This document shows, in pieces, positions 1 to 7,455 of a DNA stretch of 64,000 nucleotides (positions within the stretch are counted from its first letter, which is position 1; every line of letters begins with the position of its first letter). The stretch is from the NCBI GenBank assembly GCA_028275745.1, contig JAPWUB010000001.1:38950-102949 (forward strand), in the 5' to 3' direction. Source of the DNA: Desulfurococcales archaeon. Its GTDB lineage: Archaea; Thermoproteota; Thermoprotei_A; Sulfolobales; Ignisphaeraceae. The notes below the pieces were generated by a model. That model did no database searches, was not told where the DNA came from, and saw nothing but the letters and a program-made list of their open reading frames with translations. Position numbers and translations under genes: made by a program.

Positions 1-23
1 ATTCTTGACTTGAATAAAATTGG

Positions 24-74
24 ATGATGAGCAGAGGGTCTCATGATATAGATGAAGAGAGCCGGAAATGCTGA
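24..74 (+). ncRNA. box C/D methylation-guide sRNA
   Basis: C box ATGATGA 24-30, 12-nt guide, D' ATGA 43-46, C' ATGAAGA 52-58, 12-nt guide, D CTGA 71-74; canonical archaeal spacing. Confidence 0.75.
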
Positions 75-120
75 TAGTATTTTGCATAGATGCAATCACA
101 GTAATTTAATGTGGTAGCCT

Positions 121-987
121 ATGGCGAGGAATGCACTTTTAAGGGAGGTGGTAAAGAAGGTTTTAGGTCCTCAGTATAGTTCGCTTGTCTGGAAGCGTAT
201 TGAGATCTTAGGGGATGTTGCTATAATTAGGAAGCCCTTTGATCTGCCTATAGATTTATTTAAAGTTGTTGGTGAAGAGCTTCTAAGAGCTCTTCCTTAT
301 ATAAAAAGCGTTTGGCTTGCAACTTCACCGGTACATGGTGTTGAAAGAATTAGAGAGTATGTGCACCTGGCTGGAGAAATGAAGACAGAAGTCACATATA
401 AAGAGCATGGATGCGTATTTAAGCTTGATTTTACAAAGGTATACATCTCCCCTGTTTTAAGCTATGATCATATGCGCATAGCAAGGCTCGTTAGAAAGGG
501 CGAGGTAATTTTAAATATGTTTGCAGGGTTCGCACCTTATAGTGTGATAATATCAAAGTATGCTCAACCTTCCTATGTGGTCTCCATAGACATAAATAAC
601 TATGCCGTGACGTATGCTAGGATAAACATTGAGTTGAATAAAGTTGCATCAATTAATGAAATTATTCATGGCGATGCTCTGATAATAACTTCCTCGTTTA
701 ATAATTCGTTTGACAGAATTTTAATGCCTTATCCAGAACTTTTTGAACAGGCATTAAGAGTAGCTTTAAAGGCTGTAAAGATAGGGGGTGTTGTGCACCC
801 CCATCTTTTTGTTGAAGCGACAAATAAGCGTGAGGCTCTCACGAAAGCTTTTCAGATTGTTTCACAAATTGCAGAAGAAGAGAAGACAAGGGTCGACCCT
901 GTAGGAGGGCATGTAATAAGGGGGGTTGCTGCGAGGAAATATCATGTAGTTGTCGATGCTATAGTAAGGAGCAAGGCCTTGGAGTAA
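121..987 (+). CDS. Trm5/Tyw2-family class I SAM-dependent tRNA methyltransferase
   Basis: ILGDVAII, YKEHGCVFKLD..KVYISP, NMFAGFAPY SAM-binding motif, DRILMPYP. Confidence 0.85.
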   Translation: MARNALLREVVKKVLGPQYSSLVWKRIEILGDVAIIRKPFDLPIDLFKVVGEELLRALPYIKSVWLATSPVHGVERIREYVHLAGEMKTEVTYKEHGCVFKLDFTKVYISPVLSYDHMRIARLVRKGEVILNMFAGFAPYSVIISKYAQPSYVVSIDINNYAVTYARINIELNKVASINEIIHGDALIITSSFNNSFDRILMPYPELFEQALRVALKAVKIGGVVHPHLFVEATNKREALTKAFQIVSQIAEEEKTRVDPVGGHVIRGVAARKYHVVVDAIVRSKALE

Positions 988-1029
988 CATTAACCACTTT
1001 TTAAGCTTAGTTATAGTTTAGGGTACCCA

Positions 1030-2490
1030 ATGCTTAAAATATTTTCTAAGGGGGTGCGTAACACTAACAACATTAAAGATAGAGGAGGTAAAATCGGTAT
1101 AAATAAGGAATTGAAGGTACTAACAGTAAGCAACATTGAAGATTTATGCTTAGAAGTATTGAGGAAGTATAGTATTGAATCAGCACAGGTTATAATATGC
1201 ATAGATAAGCAAGGCGTCGCTAGGTACTTGGTTAATGAACCACCAGTGAACGATGAAATCAGGCATCTTTACAATATTCTCATGGAGGCGCTCTATGTGT
1301 CTTATATCAGCTTTGATTTGTTAGACGATATTGGGAAGATACTAGAGGTTATAGCAAAGGAGCTAAATGTTTATGAAAGTTTTCGTAGATATTACGATAC
1401 AATTATGTATTATATTTGTAGAGACGTAAAGGGGTATGGAGTGCTAGATGTTGTGATCAAGGACAAGGACGTAGAAGATATAGAGCTATCTTATTGGGAA
1501 AAACCAGTTACAGTAGTTCACAAAGACTTCCTATCTTATGAAGCGTTAGTGACAAATATCCAGTTTCAAAGTATGGATGAGGCGAGAGCCCTTATAGAGA
1601 GAATTGCTATTAAAAGTGGTAAATCAATATCTATTAAGAAACCTGAGCTTCACGCATTGTTACCAGAGGGATTTAGAGTTGCAGCAACACTTGGTGAACC
1701 AGTATCAGCAGGTCCTACACTCGATATTAGAAAATTGAATGAAGTTCCAATAGACGCCATTACATTAATAAAGCAAGGCATTGTAGATGCAAAGGTTGCC
1801 ACACTTATATGGCTTGTTAACGATGCCAAACTATTCTATGTAATAGTGGGTGGCAGCGGTTCTGGAAAAACTACAATTTTAAATGCATTTTTACAATTAA
1901 GCAACCCTAACTGGAAGATCATTGTTGTTCAAGATATCCCAGAAATTAAGTTGCCTTTGAGACCTCGATTTATTCAATTCTTTGGTGAAGATTCTGAAGA
2001 GATGTTGCAGCGATGCTTTACAGCACTTAGATATAGACCTGATATGCTTGTTGTGGGTGAAGTAAGAGGGAAAGAGATTACTGCATTAGTGAGGGCTGTA
2101 GCATCAGGTTCGGGTTCAGCTACAACGTTTCATGCATCAACGCCAGAGGAATACGAAATGGCGGTCCGCGGCCTTTTATCACAGGATCTGTACACAATGT
2201 TGTCATTGAATACTGCTCTATTAATATTTGTAGCTAGAATACGTAGAGGATATAGAGTTGAACGAAAAGTGCTTAAGGTATATGAAAGGGTTGGTAACGA
2301 ATGGAAGGAGATATTTACAGCTGACAAAGGTGATGAAATAATTAAAAGCTATACCTTAAAGAGGCTGTCAAAAAGGTTGTTGAGAGAAGATATTGAGGCA
2401 GAATACGAATATAGATTGAGAGTGATAGAAAGTATGAGTCCGGGATACGAATCTGTGGAAAGAGTTCTTAAAAGATTTTATGGTCTCTAG
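1030..2490 (+). CDS. type II/IV secretion (VirB11/TadA/FlaI-like) ATPase
   Basis: Walker A GGSGSGKTT, Asp box VQDIPEI, ALRYRPD..VGEVRG Walker B, His box TTFHA. Confidence 0.85.
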   Translation: MLKIFSKGVRNTNNIKDRGGKIGINKELKVLTVSNIEDLCLEVLRKYSIESAQVIICIDKQGVARYLVNEPPVNDEIRHLYNILMEALYVSYISFDLLDDIGKILEVIAKELNVYESFRRYYDTIMYYICRDVKGYGVLDVVIKDKDVEDIELSYWEKPVTVVHKDFLSYEALVTNIQFQSMDEARALIERIAIKSGKSISIKKPELHALLPEGFRVAATLGEPVSAGPTLDIRKLNEVPIDAITLIKQGIVDAKVATLIWLVNDAKLFYVIVGGSGSGKTTILNAFLQLSNPNWKIIVVQDIPEIKLPLRPRFIQFFGEDSEEMLQRCFTALRYRPDMLVVGEVRGKEITALVRAVASGSGSATTFHASTPEEYEMAVRGLLSQDLYTMLSLNTALLIFVARIRRGYRVERKVLKVYERVGNEWKEIFTADKGDEIIKSYTLKRLSKRLLREDIEAEYEYRLRVIESMSPGYESVERVLKRFYGL

Positions 2491-2516
2491 AGGTGAGCGG
2501 AATCAACGTTAAAACA

Positions 2517-3242
2517 TCAGTGTGTTCCTTTCTTTCTACCAGTCCTCCTAGCAGCTATATGCCCTACTTTCCTACCAGGTGGTGTGCGCCTTGACACCGT
2601 TGTTGGCTTGGATTCGCTTTGATGTGCTCCACCACCATGTGGATGATCTACAGCATTCATAGCCACTCCACGAACTCTAGGCCATTTCCTTGCTCTTACC
2701 TTCCATTTATAATATGCGTTGCCAGCCTTAAGTAACGGTTTTTCAACTCTACCTCCTCCGGCAACAACACCTATTGTTGCTCGTGCATCAAGAGGTATCA
2801 TCTTTTGCTTTCCACTCGGCAAAGTTACTATTGCATGTGTAGAAGTCTTACCTGTTAGTATAGCGTAAGCCCCACCTGCCCTAGCAAGTTTACCACCATC
2901 ATAAGGTCTTAATTCAATGTTACATATTTTCGTACCTTCTGTTATACTTCTAAGAGGTAATATATTACCTAAGGCTATGTTTGCTCCAGCACCTATCTCA
3001 ATTACTTGCCCTACTCGAAGCCCTTCAACAGCAACGTTATAAAATGACTCTCCATTTTCAAGCTTTATTAGCGCTATAGGAGCACTTCTTCCTGGGTCAT
3101 GCAATATATCAACAACTACTCCCCGAATGAGAGTTTCTATCGGAATTGCAGGATACTTTACTGGCGCAATTCTTAGATGTGTTGGTGCTCTGAATGTTGA
3201 TGTTCCCCTACCAAATCTTTGTACTAGGATTCTTTTACCCAT
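2517..3242 (-). CDS. rpl2: 50S ribosomal protein L2 (uL2)
   Basis: MGKRILVQR, HDPGRSAP, WPRVRGVAMNAVDHPHGGG. Confidence 0.98.
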   Translation of the reverse strand: MGKRILVQRFGRGTSTFRAPTHLRIAPVKYPAIPIETLIRGVVVDILHDPGRSAPIALIKLENGESFYNVAVEGLRVGQVIEIGAGANIALGNILPLRSITEGTKICNIELRPYDGGKLARAGGAYAILTGKTSTHAIVTLPSGKQKMIPLDARATIGVVAGGGRVEKPLLKAGNAYYKWKVRARKWPRVRGVAMNAVDHPHGGGAHQSESKPTTVSRRTPPGRKVGHIAARRTGRKKGTH

Positions 3243-3263
3243 AGAACGCTCACCTTTATCAAA

Positions 3264-3701
3264 TCACTTTAACGCCACGAAAAGCGTACTTCTAGTAGCT
3301 TTTAATCCAGGTTCACCATGTTTTACCTCTTTTGTTGTTGGCGCAAACTCGCCAAGGTAATGTCCAATCATTTCAGGAACTATTTTAACAGGGACAAATT
3401 CTTTTCCATTGAATACCGCAATAGTAAGACCAACCATTACAGGTAGCACTATCATATCCCTTACATGAGTCTTTATCACAACTTCTTTGCACTCGCTTAA
3501 GAGCTTTTGCCGAGCTTCAAGAATTTTCTCTAGTAATCTCCTCTGTCTAGGCGAGAACCCTCTTAGAAGGCTCCGACGAGCTCTACTTGGAAGAAGCTTT
3601 ACAAGTTCATCCATTGGCATTTCAAGTAATTCCTCTAATGATTTACCCCTGTACCTAAAGTTTCTCCATTCTGCTGGTATTTTCCAGCACTCTTTACTCA
3701 T
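3264..3701 (-). CDS. rps19: 30S ribosomal protein S19 (uS19)
   Basis: [36 protein letters not shown]. Confidence 0.98.
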   Translation of the reverse strand: MSKECWKIPAEWRNFRYRGKSLEELLEMPMDELVKLLPSRARRSLLRGFSPRQRRLLEKILEARQKLLSECKEVVIKTHVRDMIVLPVMVGLTIAVFNGKEFVPVKIVPEMIGHYLGEFAPTTKEVKHGEPGLKATRSTLFVALK

Positions 3702-3947
3702 CTTAATTTCAACCCTTGCATAACTGCACTACATCATATTTTGTGTGTTTTTGCTGCATTTTTATACTTATAAGCTTGTATTGTAGATAAGCTTTATGCT
3801 ATACATCTTGGTGCTCATGAATTTCAGAACACACGGACCAACCTTATAAAAATAAAAACTTATTAGGTAAGCTTTGCTTAATGCTATAAAACGAACAAAG
3901 TATTGATGAAGCATCGCAGCTTATAGTTGCAGTGAGGTTTCAAGCCG

Positions 3948-4034
3948 ATGGGAGGCAGGCAAAGAACCTCTCTATTCATGGTAAAGAGTGGTAGCCAACA
4001 AGAAGGAAAAAGCAAGAAGAAGGAAAAGAAGTAA
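3948..4034 (+). CDS. putative 28-aa basic small protein (MGGRQRTSLFMVKSGSQQEGKSKKKEKK)
   Basis: ATG 3948 with SD-like GTGAGGT at 3932-3938, TAA 4032-4034, 18 nt upstream of rpl3; below the ORF-track cutoff. Confidence 0.45.
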   Translation: MGGRQRTSLFMVKSGSQQEGKSKKKEKK

Positions 4035-4052
4035 ATAAGTGTGTGAAGAGTT

Positions 4053-5078
4053 ATGGCTCATAGGAAAACTAAGGCACCTCGGCGTGGAAGTCTGGGTGTA
4101 AGACCAAGGAAGAGAGCATCAGAGTTTATACCACATATAAGAAGCTGGCCTTCACCATCTATTGAAGAACCGCGACTACTAGCATTTTTAGGGTATAAGG
4201 TTGGAATGACACATGTTATTCTAATTGATGATAGACCAGGATCGCCTACATACGGCAAAGAAATATTTGTTCCTGTAACAATAATCGAAACACCACCAGC
4301 TATTCCAATAGCCTTAAGAGTCTATGGTGTTAATGAATTTGGCGGATATTCTGTCCTTAAGGACGTCTGGATTGATGCGCCAAAGGAGCTTGAAATTTGG
4401 AGAAGGATACCAACATATAGACCTTCAACTAATATAAATGAAAGAATAGAATGGATCAAGAGTCACGTTAATGACATTAAAAGAGTATCACTAATTTTAG
4501 CCTATGATGTTAAGGCCGTAGGGGGTTTAAGTAAGAAGACGCCTGACATACTTGAGGTAGTTATTGGGGGAGGCAGTATAGAGCAAAGGATAAAGTATGC
4601 ACTAGATGTACTAGGCAAACCAATCTATGTAGATCAAGTTTTCTCTCCAGGCCAATTAGTAGATATTATAGGCGTGACAAAAGGCAAAGGATTTCAAGGC
4701 GTTATAAAGAGATTTGGCGTCAAAGAATTGCCGCGATGGCATAAGCATAGAAAAGGCAGTAGAAGAGTTGGAAGCAGAAGTCCAACAATTGGTGCAATGT
4801 CTGAAGTGCCGCAGCCTGGGCAAATGGGCTTCCATAGACGTACTGAGTATAATAAGAGAATTATTGCTATTGGCGATAATGGATATGAGATTACTCCTAG
4901 CGGTGGTTGGCCACACTATGGTATTATAAGATCCAAGTGGGTTATGATTTGGGGTAGCTGTATAGGCACTCATAAGAGGCCAATAATACTTAGATGGCCC
5001 ATTAGACCACAAAAATGGCAACCAACAACTTCTCCAAAGATTGTTTATGTAAGCCTTACTAGTAAGATTGCAGGATAA
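4053..5078 (+). CDS. rpl3: 50S ribosomal protein L3 (uL3)
   Basis: APRRGSLGVRPRKRA, GYKVGMTH, TKGKGFQGVIKRFG, GQMGFHRRTEYNKRI. Confidence 0.98.
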   Translation: MAHRKTKAPRRGSLGVRPRKRASEFIPHIRSWPSPSIEEPRLLAFLGYKVGMTHVILIDDRPGSPTYGKEIFVPVTIIETPPAIPIALRVYGVNEFGGYSVLKDVWIDAPKELEIWRRIPTYRPSTNINERIEWIKSHVNDIKRVSLILAYDVKAVGGLSKKTPDILEVVIGGGSIEQRIKYALDVLGKPIYVDQVFSPGQLVDIIGVTKGKGFQGVIKRFGVKELPRWHKHRKGSRRVGSRSPTIGAMSEVPQPGQMGFHRRTEYNKRIIAIGDNGYEITPSGGWPHYGIIRSKWVMIWGSCIGTHKRPIILRWPIRPQKWQPTTSPKIVYVSLTSKIAG

Positions 5079-5081
5079 GGG

Positions 5082-5915
5082 GTGTTTAATAGAATGACTC
5101 TATTCGAGTATATACTTGCATATCCATCAGAAAAAAGATTTGGAACTCTTGTAGACCTCAATGGCAATATAATTGACAAGATTGAGCTACCCCCACTCTT
5201 CAGTTATCCTGTACGTATAGATTTGATAAGAAGAGCTGTTCTATCAGCATTAACTGCTCGTATTCAGCCAAAAGGTAGAGATCCGCTGGCAGGAAGAAGA
5301 AGAAGTGGAGAATCTTGGGGTATAGGATATAGTGTTGCAAGAGTTCCTAGACTTGACAATGGTAGGGCTGTGCTAGCACCTAATGTTCGTGGTGGTAGAA
5401 GACAATTTGCACCAACACCACTTAAGAAAATACATGAGGAAATAAACAGGAAGGAAATGAGATTAGCAATAATCTCTGCACTTGCTGCTTTAAGTGATAA
5501 AAGTTTTGTAATGAAGAGAGGCCACATAATACCACAAGGAATAGAGTTTGTACCAATTATTGTTGTAAATGAATTTGAAACAATATCATCAATAAAGTTA
5601 GTTAAGGAATGGCTAAAGAAGGTGAATCTTTGGCAAGATATTGAAAAATCGCAGGACAGTGTAAGAATTAGAAGTGGAAAAGGAAAGATGAGGGGTAGAA
5701 GATATAAGGAAAGAAAAAGTGTACTTTTCATACTATCCTCAACAAAGGCACCTGTTACAAATGTGTTGAGCAATCTTCCAGGGGTAGACTGCCTTACGCC
5801 AGAAACTTTAAACATTCTTCAGCTAGCTCCAGGAGGAGACCCAGGAAGGCTTGCAGTAATTTCGAAAAAAGCTTTAGAAAAAATAGCAGAGAGATACGTA
5901 GTTAAGATAGTGTAG
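5082..5915 (+). CDS. rpl4: 50S ribosomal protein L4 (uL4)
   Basis: RIDLIRRA, QPKGRDPLAG, ESWGIG, RSGKGKMRGRRY, LAPGGDPGRL. Confidence 0.97.
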   Translation: MFNRMTLFEYILAYPSEKRFGTLVDLNGNIIDKIELPPLFSYPVRIDLIRRAVLSALTARIQPKGRDPLAGRRRSGESWGIGYSVARVPRLDNGRAVLAPNVRGGRRQFAPTPLKKIHEEINRKEMRLAIISALAALSDKSFVMKRGHIIPQGIEFVPIIVVNEFETISSIKLVKEWLKKVNLWQDIEKSQDSVRIRSGKGKMRGRRYKERKSVLFILSSTKAPVTNVLSNLPGVDCLTPETLNILQLAPGGDPGRLAVISKKALEKIAERYVVKIV

Positions 5916-5933
5916 GTAAAAAGGGAATGACTT

Positions 5934-6224
5934 ATGGCAAAGGAGTCTGAAGGCTCGGTGAAAGATCTAAAGAATATCTTAGTAGCTGTTGTTACAACAG
6001 AGAAGGCGTATCTATTAGCAGAAAAATTTAACTACTTAACAATTAAAACCTATAGGCATGTAAATAAGAAGGAAATTAAGGAGTTCATTGAAAAGGCATT
6101 GAATGTCAAGGTAGTAAAGGTGAATACACTAATTGACAGAGATGGATATAAAAAAGCATATATACGCCTCGCACCAGAGCACAAAGCTATAGAGCTACTT
6201 GAAAGGCTTTCAAGAGGTACATGA
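5934..6224 (+). CDS. rpl23: 50S ribosomal protein L23 (uL23)
   Basis: VTTEKAY, VKVVKVNTL, KKAYIRL; follows L3-L4. Confidence 0.95.
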   Translation: MAKESEGSVKDLKNILVAVVTTEKAYLLAEKFNYLTIKTYRHVNKKEIKEFIEKALNVKVVKVNTLIDRDGYKKAYIRLAPEHKAIELLERLSRGT

Positions 6225-6248
6225 ATCCGTCTAAAAGCTTTTCATGTA

Positions 6249-6298
6249 ATGATGTTACTGCCGAGTGCTGAAAAATGATGAAAGGATCCCCTGCCTGA
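6249..6298 (+). ncRNA. box C/D methylation-guide sRNA
   Basis: C ATGATGT 6249-6255, guide TACTGCCGAGTG, D' CTGA 6268-6271, C' ATGATGA 6275-6281, guide AAGGATCCCCTGC, D CTGA 6295-6298. Confidence 0.85.
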
Positions 6299-6321
6299 GA
6301 ATTCCCTCGGGTTATGATTCA

Positions 6322-6609
6322 ATGTCTCAGCAAAAACCAAAATCAGCAAAGAGGTTAAATATATTTTTACTGCTTGCTGACGTAGATGTAGCTGATAAGG
6401 TGATTGGCGATATACTTGCATACTGCAAAGATTTAGCTTGTGAGTGCACGTCGCATAAAAGTACTGTTGTTAAGAGATTTCTTTACATTGAATGTGTCTC
6501 ACAGATGATATCACTTGAGGAGATGAAGAAACGTATCGAAGAATTAATAGGTTCTAGGCTAGCGGAAATCGTGGCTTGGTATAAGGTAGAAGTTATAGAA
6601 GTTAAGTAA
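6322..6609 (+). CDS. hypothetical protein (possible ferredoxin/ACT-like fold)
   Basis: ORF 6265-6609; start moved to in-frame ATG 6322 because the upstream part is occupied by the C/D sRNA; alternating beta/alpha pattern. Confidence 0.6.
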   Translation: MSQQKPKSAKRLNIFLLLADVDVADKVIGDILAYCKDLACECTSHKSTVVKRFLYIECVSQMISLEEMKKRIEELIGSRLAEIVAWYKVEVIEVK

Positions 6610-7288
6610 GATTCCTTATCAATACAATAATGCCATAGGGAGGTATAGAGAACAGAGTAATCCTTAAGATACTATTGTTTTCATTTCTGATTAATAGGTA
6701 ATAGATCAGCACTAGTGTTGACGATGCTATATAAATGATTACTGAAAGAAGCGGTATATCATAATATGTTGATTCAAGTGCAAGCATTGCTGTTGAGATG
6801 CCGACTGAGTAAACAATTAAAGCATCTTTATCGCTTTTGCTTTTTATGTCGTTGTTTTGTCTCTTTATAGTTTCACCGCTTCTAGATCCTGGATTATGCA
6901 AAAATTGTGAGAGAAGCTTTACAAGGATTGCATTTACAAGTAATAGTAGTAAAGGTCTCACTATATCATTGATGAAGAGTGCTAAAATTATGGGCTCTAT
7001 TATAAGATATTTTCTATCCTGAAAGCGATAAAGGGTGATAAGGACTTCAACTATTTGAAATGGAATAATAGGCACAATTAAAACTATGCCGTTACTAATT
7101 AAATTGGTTAAAGAACTAGTATTTATTATTGTATTTTTTATTAGGTATTCGAATATTGTGCATAGTGTGACTGAGGGTAAATCACTGATATTTTGTGCTG
7201 TTTTGAATATGTAGAGAGATACAATTCCAAGTAACACTGTATAAGCATCATATGCATAACTTAGCTTTCTTGGATGTGTTAATTCCAT
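6602..7288 (-). CDS. hypothetical multi-pass membrane protein
   Basis: 228-aa ORF with several hydrophobic segments; no recognisable motif. Confidence 0.6.
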   Translation of the reverse strand: MELTHPRKLSYAYDAYTVLLGIVSLYIFKTAQNISDLPSVTLCTIFEYLIKNTIINTSSLTNLISNGIVLIVPIIPFQIVEVLITLYRFQDRKYLIIEPIILALFINDIVRPLLLLLVNAILVKLLSQFLHNPGSRSGETIKRQNNDIKSKSDKDALIVYSVGISTAMLALESTYYDIPLLSVIIYIASSTLVLIYYLLIRNENNSILRITLFSIPPYGIIVLIRNLT

Positions 7289-7455
7289 TCATCTCAGCAC
7301 AATGTTTTGCTTTAGGTATTAGTTTTAGGATTCTTAATCTAGTACTTTTATTATCATAAAATCAAGCTTATTAATCGCTTAGCAAAAATAGTATTGTTAG
7401 TCAAGGTAATAAATTTACCCTGCATCAGGGTCTCAGGATTCGAAGGTATTATGTT

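Noticed and set aside
5264-5815. 183-aa antisense ORF, and many similar 60-160 aa antisense ORFs across r-protein, lhr, pyrG and mcm genes
   Set aside because: Shadow frames of well-supported genes; Ser/Leu/Phe/Ile-rich with no motifs
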